Source: an uncultured Verrucomicrobiota bacterium (GTDB lineage: Bacteria > Verrucomicrobiota > Kiritimatiellia > CAJWTS01). From it: DNA of 64,000 nt. Below are positions 33,978 through 43,768 of the stretch, piece by piece. The stretch covers positions 16,634 to 80,633 of the forward strand of contig CAJWTS010000008.1 in the NCBI GenBank assembly GCA_913047795.1, read 5' to 3'. The position numbers and the translations under genes are program-made. How positions within the stretch are numbered: the first letter of the stretch is position 1; each line of letters begins with the position of its first letter. The notes under the pieces were generated by a model that had not been told where the DNA came from, did no database searches, and saw only the letters and a list, made by a program, of their open reading frames with translations.

Positions 33978-36260
33978 ATGAGCGTCGACTATCACCTCTA
34001 TTCGATAAAGCGAAGCGACTACGCTGTCAACGAAGAGAACAGGGCCAGGGCGATTCAACGTGGCCTGGTCTCGGCACCGTGGTACACGCCCCCTGTTGAA
34101 CGGGAGGTCATGCGCGAATTGCTGATTCGCCGTGATGGTCCGGCCATCCGGGACACGCTCATCTGGTTTGGCTTGCTGATCGCATCGGGCATCTGCGGCT
34201 TTCTCCTATGGGGCACATGGTGGGCCATCATTCCATTTGCCGTTTATGGCGTCGTCTACGGCACGTCGTCGGATTCCCGCTGGCACGAATGCCTTCATGG
34301 TTCAGCCTTTAAGACGGACTGGATGAACAACGTTCTCTATGAAATCGCTTCATTCATGGTGGTGCGGGAGGCGACCCCCTGGCGCTGGAGTCATATGCGC
34401 CACCATAGCGATACGATCGTTGCCGGCAGCGATCCGGAAATCCTGCCCCGCCCGCCCGACATCAAGGGTCTTCTACAACAATTCGTCATCTGGCCCAGTG
34501 CGAAGGCGGAATTCCGGAAAATGTTCCTGCACGCGTCAGGAAGACTCACGGAAGCCGAAAAGATTTACGTGCCGAAAAACTCCTACCCGCGTGTGTTTCT
34601 AACATCGCGCATCTATCTGCTCATCTACGGAACCACGATTGCCCTCGCGCTGGCAACGCGCAGCTGGCTTCCACTCATGTACATCGGCTTGCCCAGTTTC
34701 TACGGTGCGTGGCTGATGCCGTTTTACGGATACACCCAGCATTTGGGTTTGGCGGAGAACGTCCTGGATCACCGACTCAATACCCGCTCCGTGAACATGT
34801 GCCTGGTCAATCGTTACCTCTACTGGAACATGAACTATCACCTGGAGCACCATATGTTTCCCCTGGTGCCGTACCATGCCCTGCCCAAGCTCCAGCAGCT
34901 GCTCAAGAATGACATCCCCAAACCGCATCCAAGCATCTACGCGGCCTTCAAGGATATCGTTCCCGCCATCTTGCGACAGGCGAAAGAGCCCACCTACTGC
35001 ATCACCCCGGACATCCCGAAGTCGGCGTTGGATTCCGCACAGGACGTTTCAACTGTGACACTGGTGTCGAACCAGGCGCCCGATGCCGAGGGATGGCTGG
35101 AGGTTGGTGACGCGGATCAACTGGACCGGGAAGACGTGCTTCGCTTTGACCATGATACCAGCACCTACGCCATCTACCGTACGGATGATGATGCCTACTA
35201 TGCGTCCGATGGTCTTTGCACGCATGGCCACACGCATCTGGCGACGGGCCTGGTCAGGGGGCAGCAGATCGAATGTCCCAAGCACAATGGCCGCTTTGAT
35301 GTCACAACCGGCGAACCCGCCCGCCCGCCGGTGTGCGTCGCCCTGAAGACTTACCCGGTGCGCATTGAAAACGGCACGTTATTCATGCAGGTGGGCGCCA
35401 ATGGAGATAACGATTCTACAGGCCGGATGCCCGCCCGGAATTTTCGCGTGGTCAGCAACGATAACGTGGCGACCTTCATCAAGGAACTGGTCCTTGAGCC
35501 ACTGGACACGCGTACGCCTTTTCAGTATCAGCCCGGTGAATACGTTCAACTCGACATACCGCCCTATGAAATGGCCTTTCCCGAGATCAACGTCAACGAT
35601 CCCTACAAGGCGATCTGGGATCGTAATGAACTATTTAAATGCAGGGCGTCGAATCTCGCACCCACACGTCGAAATTTCTCCATGGCGAGCAACCCGGCCA
35701 CGGAAGACCTGGTCCGTTTCAACGTTCGCATCTCCACACCCCCGCTGGGAGTCGACTGCAGTGCGGGCGTTGGGTCGTCGTATCTCTTTCGCTTGAAGGC
35801 AGGCGACGAGGTCACCGCCATCGGCCCCTTTGGCGATTTTTACCCGCAAGAGACCGAGAGAGAGATGATCTACCTGGGCGGCGGCGCGGGCATGGCACCC
35901 TTGAGATCGCATATCTCGCATTTGTTCGACACCCTGAAGACCACTCGCAAGGTGAGCTACTGGTACGGTGCCCGATCGCTACAGGAGATTTTCTATCAAG
36001 ACTATTTCGAAGCCCTGGACCAGCAACATCCACATTTTACTTTCAAAGCCGCACTCTCGGAACCTCTCGAGGAAGATCACTGGACGGGCGACGTGGGACT
36101 TATTCACGAAGTCATGCGAACCCAGTACCTTGCCCGGCATCCTGATCCGACGCAGATCGAGTACTACCTTTGCGGTCCGCCCCAGATGGTGCAAGCGGCC
36201 AGGCAATTGCTAAGTGAACTGAACGTACCGGAAGACCAGATCGCGTTTGATGAGTTTTAA
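33978..36260 (+). CDS. Tri-domain fusion: membrane fatty-acid desaturase + Rieske [2Fe-2S] + NqrF-like FAD/NAD(P)H reductase
   Basis: His boxes HECLH (aa 103-107), WRWSHMRHHSDT and HLEHHMFP. Rieske motif CTHGH-x16-CPKH (nt 35217-35285). Reductase motifs RRNFSMAS and GGGAGMAP, with a YYLCGPPQM...AFDEF C-terminus. Confidence 0.85.
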   Translation: MSVDYHLYSIKRSDYAVNEENRARAIQRGLVSAPWYTPPVEREVMRELLIRRDGPAIRDTLIWFGLLIASGICGFLLWGTWWAIIPFAVYGVVYGTSSDSRWHECLHGSAFKTDWMNNVLYEIASFMVVREATPWRWSHMRHHSDTIVAGSDPEILPRPPDIKGLLQQFVIWPSAKAEFRKMFLHASGRLTEAEKIYVPKNSYPRVFLTSRIYLLIYGTTIALALATRSWLPLMYIGLPSFYGAWLMPFYGYTQHLGLAENVLDHRLNTRSVNMCLVNRYLYWNMNYHLEHHMFPLVPYHALPKLQQLLKNDIPKPHPSIYAAFKDIVPAILRQAKEPTYCITPDIPKSALDSAQDVSTVTLVSNQAPDAEGWLEVGDADQLDREDVLRFDHDTSTYAIYRTDDDAYYASDGLCTHGHTHLATGLVRGQQIECPKHNGRFDVTTGEPARPPVCVALKTYPVRIENGTLFMQVGANGDNDSTGRMPARNFRVVSNDNVATFIKELVLEPLDTRTPFQYQPGEYVQLDIPPYEMAFPEINVNDPYKAIWDRNELFKCRASNLAPTRRNFSMASNPATEDLVRFNVRISTPPLGVDCSAGVGSSYLFRLKAGDEVTAIGPFGDFYPQETEREMIYLGGGAGMAPLRSHISHLFDTLKTTRKVSYWYGARSLQEIFYQDYFEALDQQHPHFTFKAALSEPLEEDHWTGDVGLIHEVMRTQYLARHPDPTQIEYYLCGPPQMVQAARQLLSELNVPEDQIAFDEF

Positions 36261-36377
36261 CCACAGCCCCCTGCGAAAGCGTGAGGATAAGGCCCGTCGC
36301 AGAGGGTCGGATTCGGGATCCATTTTGGGAAACAGCAGGCGCACAGCGCCAGCATCAACACCTGGACGGGAGTCAAT

Positions 36378-37181
36378 ATGTCGAAACTGACCATTCACGA
36401 TCTACGCCAAGCCAAGAAAGAGGGCCGCCAGTTCACGGAAATTCGGACGGGTGACGTCAACGAAGCCGTTGCCTGCGCGGAGGCCGGCGTCGAAATCATC
36501 ATGTGCATGCGAGATGAACTTCCTGCTATTCGCGCCGCCGTGCCGGATGTGTTCATTGTTGCCGCCCACCCACTGGATCAGCCCCACGTGGCCGGCCCGG
36601 ACCAGGCCGTCGGGGCCGGGTTCGAGTTGATGAACCTGGGCGCCGATGCCGTGTATTCCAGCATGAGCATGAAAGTCGTTGAAGCCATGAGTCGCGAGTA
36701 CATCCCCGTGATTGGTCACGTCGGGTTCGTCCCCTATCGCGCCACCTGGATCGGCGGCATTCGTGCCGTCGGCAAGACCAGCACCGAAGCTTTGGACGTT
36801 TACAAGGCGGCCAAGGCCTATCAGGACGCAGGCGCTCTCGGGATCGAAATCGAAATTGTGCCCACCAGGGTAACCGAAGAAATCGGCAATCGACTGGAGA
36901 TCATACTCATGTCAATGGGCAGCGGAACAGGCGGCACGGTGCAATACTTGTTCGCGACGGATGTACTGGGAACAAACGCGGGACATGTACCGCGCCACGC
37001 CAAAGTGTACGGAAATCTGGGCGTAGAGGAAGCGCGGCTGCAACAGCTGCGTGTCGACGCCTTTCGAGCGTTGAGTGATGACGTCCACAGTGGCGCCTAT
37101 CCCGAAGACAAGCACACGCTGGAGATCGATGAGAACGAATTTGCATCTTTCTTGAACGACCTCGAATCGGTCGACAGCTAG
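36378..37181 (+). CDS. PanB-like (ketopantoate hydroxymethyltransferase fold) protein, diverged
   Basis: IPVIGHVGFVPYR, IEIEIVP, MSMGSGTGG..QYLF..DVLG, VPRHAKVY and GAYPEDKHT parallel PanB blocks. The N-terminal GDSLG block is absent. Confidence 0.6.
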   Translation: MSKLTIHDLRQAKKEGRQFTEIRTGDVNEAVACAEAGVEIIMCMRDELPAIRAAVPDVFIVAAHPLDQPHVAGPDQAVGAGFELMNLGADAVYSSMSMKVVEAMSREYIPVIGHVGFVPYRATWIGGIRAVGKTSTEALDVYKAAKAYQDAGALGIEIEIVPTRVTEEIGNRLEIILMSMGSGTGGTVQYLFATDVLGTNAGHVPRHAKVYGNLGVEEARLQQLRVDAFRALSDDVHSGAYPEDKHTLEIDENEFASFLNDLESVDS

Positions 37182-37377
37182 TCTGCAACGCGCGCGGCGC
37201 AGGATCCCATACCGATTCCACGATGGATGGATTGCGGTAATCGACATTGAACTCACGCTTCGTTTTTCACATGCTGTGCCCGTCCCGATTGAAAGCGGGC
37301 CGGAGGGACCCGGTTCGTAACGCCCTGTACTGGACGTGCCGCTCCATTTCAACGAGTGATCGCCCCGAGGAGCGACC

Positions 37378-38220
37378 TTGCAAGCAACACAACTCACGGA
37401 CGAGCAGTTAGCATTCTTCGATACGTTCGGGTATCTCTCCTTTCCCGGACTGCTCGCGGATTGCGTCGAGAGGATCATCAGCGAGTTCGAAGCCGTCTGG
37501 GCCGCCCAGGGCGGTGGTCACCACGGCGCGTCCCATGATGGCGAACAGCGTTCCTGTATCGTGCCCTTCCCCGATCAGAGCAAATATCTCAGCGCCCTGC
37601 TCGACGACCCGCGCATCCATGACATTGCCGCCGCCATCTGCGGCGACGATTTCAACTACACCAGCGGCGACGGCAACTTCTATGCCGGCGACACCAACTG
37701 GCACTCCGACGGTTGGGGTGCCGATCGGGTCCCGAGCATAAAGATCGCCTACTATCTCGATCCCCTGACGCGCGACAGCGGGTCATTACGCGTCATACCC
37801 GGCAGCCATCGCTGCGGCGAGACCTTTGCCGATGCCGTGCACCGCGAGATCAGGGAGAGTGGAACAGCCTGGGGCCTGACCGGCCGCGACGTCCCAGCCA
37901 CGGCACTGGAGACCGTGCCCGGCGACATCGTCGCCTTCAACCACAACCTGAAGCACGCCGCGTTCGGAGGCACCGCGCGGCGGCGCATGTTCACGATGAA
38001 CTTTTCGCGCCGCTACCCGGAGGACCGGCTCGACGAGTTGCGGCATGACCTCGGCCAGGAGGCGCGCTTCTGGATTGACCGCATTCACGGAGACGCCATG
38101 ATCCGCACCGCCGGACCGGAGCGCATGGTCCACCTCGAACAGGTGATGGCCAACGACACGCACCTGGCCGATCTGACGCGTGAACTCAAGAAGACGATGA
38201 AAGAACCGGCGCGCGGTTGA
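37378..38220 (+). CDS. Phytanoyl-CoA dioxygenase (PhyH) family Fe(II)/2-oxoglutarate oxygenase
   Basis: LTDEQLAFFDTFGYLSFPGLL N-terminus. WHSDG (HxD) and a distal His in NHNLKHAAFGG. TTG start. Confidence 0.75.
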   Translation: MQATQLTDEQLAFFDTFGYLSFPGLLADCVERIISEFEAVWAAQGGGHHGASHDGEQRSCIVPFPDQSKYLSALLDDPRIHDIAAAICGDDFNYTSGDGNFYAGDTNWHSDGWGADRVPSIKIAYYLDPLTRDSGSLRVIPGSHRCGETFADAVHREIRESGTAWGLTGRDVPATALETVPGDIVAFNHNLKHAAFGGTARRRMFTMNFSRRYPEDRLDELRHDLGQEARFWIDRIHGDAMIRTAGPERMVHLEQVMANDTHLADLTRELKKTMKEPARG

Positions 38221-38232
38221 CGCCGATAGCCG

Positions 38233-39027
38233 TCAGCCTGCCGACCGCCGCCGGGGCACATTCGGGAATACGATTTCGCGGCGCGCAGGCGTCAAGCGCG
38301 ACATCAGTTCGTCCGACGGCTCATATCCGAAGCGGTGACGGTAGATTTCGGGTACATATCGAAAAATGACCATGCGGCGTTCGCCGGAATTCGTGCGCTC
38401 GGACGCTCCGTGGCACAGCGCGTCGTTGATCACCAGGGCATCGCCGGCCTTCAAGTGAACTTCCATCGCTTCGTCGACGAGCTGCCCCGCCCCATCCGAG
38501 ATGCCGCCGCTTGCATCCTGCTGCGGATGCGGGAGATGGGACTTGTGGCTACCGGGAACCACCACCGTTGCACCATCGCCCGGCCCGACGTCGGTCAGGG
38601 CGACCATCAGCGATAACATGCAGCAACACCACCCACCCCGGTCGTGGCCGGCACGGACGCGCGAATCGACAACATGCCCCCCGGAGTGGACTCCGATGTA
38701 CCCACCCGCCTCGCGAATATTCAGAAATCCTTCATTAAGGAATGGCCTCTGGCCGCTGCCAAGGAAATGCCGTACCCGCCCAATCCATGCCGGATGGTCA
38801 ATCAGCCGCTCAAAGATTTCCCCGCCTTCAATGATATCCTGCAGGTTTGTTCCGTCCTTCACCCCATAGGTATGGACGTAGGTCCGGTCGTGCCACGCAC
38901 CGGATTCCAGTTTCGGTAGCGCGTCGATACAATCGTTGATCGCGCGCACATGCTCCGCATCGATCGCCTGCTCAACAATCGTGTAGCCACGCAGGTCGAA
39001 TAAATACTCTTCCGTCGGCGACGGCAT
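38233..39027 (-). CDS. Phytanoyl-CoA dioxygenase (PhyH) family oxygenase
   Basis: YLFDLRGYTIVEQAI...; GVHSGGH...; VVPGSHKS. 264 aa. Confidence 0.75.
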   Translation of the reverse strand: MPSPTEEYLFDLRGYTIVEQAIDAEHVRAINDCIDALPKLESGAWHDRTYVHTYGVKDGTNLQDIIEGGEIFERLIDHPAWIGRVRHFLGSGQRPFLNEGFLNIREAGGYIGVHSGGHVVDSRVRAGHDRGGWCCCMLSLMVALTDVGPGDGATVVVPGSHKSHLPHPQQDASGGISDGAGQLVDEAMEVHLKAGDALVINDALCHGASERTNSGERRMVIFRYVPEIYRHRFGYEPSDELMSRLTPARREIVFPNVPRRRSAG

Positions 39028-39273
39028 GGCTCACTCCCCGGATGAATCAGGATCCACGATTCTCGTACGCATCGGCTGAAGATGCCGAACGGAGCACAGG
39101 AAGGCAAGTAGAACACAGCGCGATACAATGGAGAAGCTTCGGGGACGCCGAACACCTCAGATCGAATACGGCCGGTGCCTGGTCCGGGTCGGCGGGCCCC
39201 GCGGACAGGACCGCGCCTCGACTCCGTCTCTGCGCTTGCCATCCCTGAGTGCGGGCCCCATATTCAGCAAACC

Positions 39274-40035
39274 ATGCGAAAAAGCAAAACCCTCGCGCGC
39301 GTTCGTGACGGAAACGTCGTTCGAGCCTGCGTACTCGGCCACTACATACCCGCCTACGTCGCCCATGCGGCCCGCGCTGGATATGACTGCATCTGGTTGG
39401 ACCTGGAACACCGCGCCATGCCGATCAGGGAAATCCAGGCACTGCTCGCCTACGCGCACCTCTATGATATCGACATCATGCTGCGTCCGCCGACCCTCGA
39501 TAAGACCGGACTCTACCGCTACCTTGAGGAAGGGGCCGCCGGTCTGCTGATTCCCCAGGTGTGCAACGTGGAGAAGGCCAGGATGCTCGTGGACGCGGTC
39601 AAATTCCCACCAATCGGCGACCGCGGCATCGACAACGCGGGACTCGATGCCGACTTCTATCTTCATGATGACGATGAATATGTGGCCTGGGCCAACCGGG
39701 AAACCTTTCTCTGCGTCCAGATCGAATCACCTGAAGGCGTACACAACGCCGAGGCGATCGCCGCCGTAGAAGGCGTCGATATGCTTTTCGTCGGGCCCGG
39801 CGATCTCGGACTGCGCCTGCGGCAAAGCGGTGAGATGACGCTGGACGACGCATGGGAGATCGTGGCCTCCGCCTGCCACAAGCATAAAAAGGCCTTCGGA
39901 GGCCCGGCGATGCCCCTCGAAGAAATGACAAAACGCCGCGCGCTGGGCGCACAGTTGCTCGTTAACATTGGCGAATTTCATAGCTTTGCGGTTGGGCTGC
40001 AGGAGCATATTCGGGATTTCGATGAACTTGATTGA
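39274..40035 (+). CDS. HpcH/HpaI family (class II, pyruvate-specific) aldolase
   Basis: GYDCIWLDLEHRAM...VKFPPIGDRG...LCVQIESPEGV.NAEAIAAVEGVDMLFVGPGDL. ATG 39274; the track start 39175 is an upstream extension. Confidence 0.8.
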   Translation: MRKSKTLARVRDGNVVRACVLGHYIPAYVAHAARAGYDCIWLDLEHRAMPIREIQALLAYAHLYDIDIMLRPPTLDKTGLYRYLEEGAAGLLIPQVCNVEKARMLVDAVKFPPIGDRGIDNAGLDADFYLHDDDEYVAWANRETFLCVQIESPEGVHNAEAIAAVEGVDMLFVGPGDLGLRLRQSGEMTLDDAWEIVASACHKHKKAFGGPAMPLEEMTKRRALGAQLLVNIGEFHSFAVGLQEHIRDFDELD

Positions 40036-40140
40036 CGCGCAGCGCGAGAGCCCTTCGCACGGATACCGAACAGGGGCCCGGAAGCGATGAAATTCGTGGG
40101 GCATCGATAACGAAACGTACAGACTCGGAGTAAAAAAACG

Positions 40141-40893
40141 ATGCAGACAGTTAAAGTCGGCGTGGCGGACTATGGTATGAACGTCTGGGATGGCGCCTGC
40201 CTCGATACGGAACGGCGGCTCCGGGACTTGAAAGCGATCGGCTACGAGGGGCTTGAACGGCTCACGGCCGCCGACACCTCGGACGCCATGTACAAGGCGG
40301 CGCGATTTCGTGCGCTCGGCATGGATTTCGCCACCTGCCTGGGACCCACGCCGGAAATGGGTATCCGCTGGACGGCCGCCTTTGGAAAACGTTACGTGTG
40401 GACCGATTCCAGCGCGACAGACTTCGACGTCTTCTGCCGGCAGGTCAATCACCAGGCCGCAGTCTGTGCCGACTGGGGCATTCGGGTCGGGCTACACAAT
40501 CATCTTGGCAGCCCCGTCGAATCCCAGCAGGAACTGGAAGCATTCATGGCCGCATGTCCGGACTGCGATCTCGTTTTCGACACCGCGCACCTCGCGGCGG
40601 CCGATGGAGATCCACTTGCGATCGTGGCGGCATACGGCGACCGCATGGTGATGGTGCATGTAAAGGACTGGTTGGTCACCAACCCGGAAATCGGGTTGGA
40701 CCAGTGGTACAACCGTGGCCGCTTCTGCGAGCTGGGTGCCGGCAATATCGGTATGGACAACGCGGCCGTTGTCCAGGCGCTGCTCGCAGGCGGCTACGAA
40801 GGCTGGATCTGCGTCGAGCACGATACCCACCTGCGCGATCCGCTGGCAGACCTGGCGCACAGCCGCGAATACCTGCGCAAGGCGGGCGTCTGA
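40141..40893 (+). CDS. Sugar phosphate isomerase/epimerase (xylose-isomerase-like TIM barrel)
   Basis: 250 aa. GYEGLE..., VGLHNHLGSPVE, FDTAHLAAA, VHVKD and ICVEHD blocks are typical of the AP_endonuc_2 / xylose-isomerase-like fold. Confidence 0.75.
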   Translation: MQTVKVGVADYGMNVWDGACLDTERRLRDLKAIGYEGLERLTAADTSDAMYKAARFRALGMDFATCLGPTPEMGIRWTAAFGKRYVWTDSSATDFDVFCRQVNHQAAVCADWGIRVGLHNHLGSPVESQQELEAFMAACPDCDLVFDTAHLAAADGDPLAIVAAYGDRMVMVHVKDWLVTNPEIGLDQWYNRGRFCELGAGNIGMDNAAVVQALLAGGYEGWICVEHDTHLRDPLADLAHSREYLRKAGV

Positions 40894-40948
40894 GAATACC
40901 CGGGGTCGGGGCGAGGCCGCGGTGGACCTGCTAACATCGACGGTCCGC

Positions 40949-42796
40949 ATGCTTAAGAACCCCATCATCGCCTTCTTACTCCTGCTCGCGCTCGCCAGTG
41001 CGGGACGGGTTGCGGACCGCAGACTCGCCCGCGCCGATCGCCTCCGGTGGCTTGTGGAACGAGAACATCTCTGGGAGGTGCGCGATGCCATTCTGCGATT
41101 CCACCTCGATCGTGAGCGGTTTCCGAACGGATTCGATGAGTTGGTCGACAGCTACCTGCCGAAATCGTTGACTCTGTGCAGGCCGGCGCATGCGCACGCG
41201 CCACAAACCCCGTTGCTCTGGGATCCGGGTACAGGGGTGCTGAGTTGGCCGGGACCGTTTCCGATCCGCGGACTGGTTCGTCATGACCAACCCTTGCGAC
41301 TGAATGTGACGGCGCCGCAGATCCACCGCGACCCGATAACCGGTGAAGCCCTTCGTGACGCGACCGATCAGGCCGTGCAGCCCGACCTGCTGGACGTCGT
41401 GGTTGAGGCCGAGCATTTTCAGTTCCTGACCTACGGCTGGGAAATCGGGCATGCCGCGGACGCCGCCGGAGGCGCCTTCATCCATCTAAAAGAGGGACGG
41501 GGCGACCTCGACAAGGCCGGACTCGAACTCCACGCCGACCGACGCGCGGGTGACGTATACAACATCACACGCGACAACCGGCTGATCGAGACACGCTGCT
41601 GGTTCGACGCTCCGCAGAGCGGCACCTACAACGTTTGGGTTCGGACCATGGCGCACCGCTCGAATTGTTCAAACATAATCAACATCTTCTTCAACAGCGG
41701 CGTTCGGCGCGCGGTCGGTCATAACGGGTCGACACCCTACTCATGGCTCTGGCATCAGGCACAGTCGGTACAGCTCAAACAGGGCCTGAACACACTCGGC
41801 TTCGGGGTCGCCCAGGACGACGTCAAGGTCGACCAGGTTCTGCTGACAAGAGCAACCGTCGCACGTCCGCCGGGAACTCGATTTTACGTTGGCGACGAAC
41901 CGCTCGCGTCAATCGCCACGGCAAAGCCACCATTGGCCGTGCTCAGCTTGAGCAGTGATACGCTCGCCATCGGATCCACCAACGATCCGTCCGTTGAAAT
42001 CTACGTGCTCAACAACCGGTTGGATCTTCAAAAGGCGTCGCTGGAACTGACACTCGATCTGCCCGGGGACCGGACACGACGAAGGTTGCTGCCGCTGACC
42101 GCGACGGATCACCGGTTGCTGCGGTTCCCCTACGCCCCGGAATTGCCCCGTCCGCTCGAGAAACGCGAATACCTGCTGCGCTGCCGCCTGCTACACAACG
42201 ACGTCTGCGTCCAGTCGAGGACACTGGTTCTATTCCACAACTACGACTGGCGCATACTCGGGCCACTACCGTTCATCGAAGCCGCCACGGAGGTGGCTCC
42301 CGAATCGACGAGGCGCCCCACGAACCCCTGCACAATCGGAGGCAATGCATACCGCTGGTCGCGCTACGACGAAAGAAATACGGATCACTTCGGCGTAATG
42401 GACCTTGGCAAGATGTTCTCCGGCCGAACCTACAGCGCCATGCCCAACGCGACGGCCTACGCTTACACGGAAGTCTTTGCGGAGGCAGCGGGCGAGTATC
42501 TGCTGAAGGGGATGGGTGACGACGATCTCGTCGTCTGGATCAATGCTGAAAGGGTGCTGGCGATCACCAAGGACGGAACCGTAATCCGCACCGCCCTGGA
42601 CAGGCCGGTCACGCTCCTCGAGGGGCGGAATCACGTACTCTATCGAATCAACCAGCGACAAGGTCAGTGGCAGGCCGGCGTACGCATTCGCACGTTGATG
42701 GATCGGCCCGCCATGGTGCTTGGCATTCCCTATGCCGAGCAGACAGTCAGTACATGGGATGACTCGCCTCCGGAAAACCCGGTCGACATTCCCTGA
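40949..42796 (+). CDS. Secreted hypothetical protein with carbohydrate-binding-module-like beta-sandwich domains
   Basis: ATG 40949 gives the signal-peptide-like MLKNPIIAFLLLLALASAG. The central VVEAEHFQFLTYGWEI...GTYNVWVR and the C-terminal GMGDDDLVVWINAERV segments resemble CBM/PA14-type sandwiches. The track start 40715 overlaps the previous gene. Confidence 0.5.
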   Translation: MLKNPIIAFLLLLALASAGRVADRRLARADRLRWLVEREHLWEVRDAILRFHLDRERFPNGFDELVDSYLPKSLTLCRPAHAHAPQTPLLWDPGTGVLSWPGPFPIRGLVRHDQPLRLNVTAPQIHRDPITGEALRDATDQAVQPDLLDVVVEAEHFQFLTYGWEIGHAADAAGGAFIHLKEGRGDLDKAGLELHADRRAGDVYNITRDNRLIETRCWFDAPQSGTYNVWVRTMAHRSNCSNIINIFFNSGVRRAVGHNGSTPYSWLWHQAQSVQLKQGLNTLGFGVAQDDVKVDQVLLTRATVARPPGTRFYVGDEPLASIATAKPPLAVLSLSSDTLAIGSTNDPSVEIYVLNNRLDLQKASLELTLDLPGDRTRRRLLPLTATDHRLLRFPYAPELPRPLEKREYLLRCRLLHNDVCVQSRTLVLFHNYDWRILGPLPFIEAATEVAPESTRRPTNPCTIGGNAYRWSRYDERNTDHFGVMDLGKMFSGRTYSAMPNATAYAYTEVFAEAAGEYLLKGMGDDDLVVWINAERVLAITKDGTVIRTALDRPVTLLEGRNHVLYRINQRQGQWQAGVRIRTLMDRPAMVLGIPYAEQTVSTWDDSPPENPVDIP

Positions 42797-42858
42797 GAAC
42801 GATATTGAACGTTCGCGAGCCCATACGTAGACTCGAATCTCAAGATGATGACCCCACG

Positions 42859-43647
42859 ATGAACCGCCTCAAAAAATTGCTCGGCGACGGATCGGTCGCC
42901 GTCGGCGTACAACTGCGCTTCGGCTCGCCCGCGATCGCTGAATTGGCGGGCAAGGCAGGGTTCGACTGGATCTTGCTCGATACCGAACACGCGCCGCAGA
43001 CACCGCCCGGGGTCCAGGCGCAGTTACAGGCCATCGGCAACTCGCAGGCAACTCCCATCGTGCGGCTCGGAAAGAATGACCCCGCCTTGATCCGACTCTA
43101 TCTGGACATGGGTGCCGCAGGCATCGCTGTGCCCTTTATCAGTACAGCTGAAGAAGCCAAGATCGGGGCCGACGCCAGTCGGTATCCGCCGCGCGGCACA
43201 CGTGGCTGGGGTCCGCACCGGGCGGCGACCTACGGCCTCGAGGAAGAAGCGTACACGACCCATGCCAATGACGACGTCATGTATATACCGATCATAGAAA
43301 CGAAACAGGCCGTCGAGAATATCGAGGCCATCATGGCCGTCGACGGCGTGGATGCCTGCATCGTGGGGCCATTCGACCTGAGTTTTTCGCTGGGCATCCC
43401 GAAGCAGTTCGAGCATACCGACTACCTGGCAGCCGTCGAACGTATACGTGAAGCGGCGGTAAGCGCCGGCAAATCCACGAGCCTCAGCCTGCGGGGTGCG
43501 TTCGATAATCGGCAGGGCCCGACACACCATGCTGATCCCGGCGCGCAGTTACTGCTTTGCGGAGGTGACGAACCTTTCCTTGGACAAGCCTTTCGCGAGT
43601 CGGTAAGGCGATACGCCCACCTGAAACACAAGGGAGGTCAAACGTGA
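42859..43647 (+). CDS. HpcH/HpaI family aldolase (second copy)
   Basis: GFDWILLDTEHAPQ...YPPRGTRGWGP...IPIIETKQAVENIEAIMAVDGVDACIVGPFDL. ATG 42859. Confidence 0.8.
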   Translation: MNRLKKLLGDGSVAVGVQLRFGSPAIAELAGKAGFDWILLDTEHAPQTPPGVQAQLQAIGNSQATPIVRLGKNDPALIRLYLDMGAAGIAVPFISTAEEAKIGADASRYPPRGTRGWGPHRAATYGLEEEAYTTHANDDVMYIPIIETKQAVENIEAIMAVDGVDACIVGPFDLSFSLGIPKQFEHTDYLAAVERIREAAVSAGKSTSLSLRGAFDNRQGPTHHADPGAQLLLCGGDEPFLGQAFRESVRRYAHLKHKGGQT

Positions 43648-43768
43648 CGCCGTCGCAAAACGATCGACGTCAATTTGCCCGGCGGATTCCACGGAGTCGT
43701 CGGGCTGAAACGGGTGATCCTGGCAATCAGCGCTGGTCGCCATGAACCAGATGGAAACATTTTGATCG

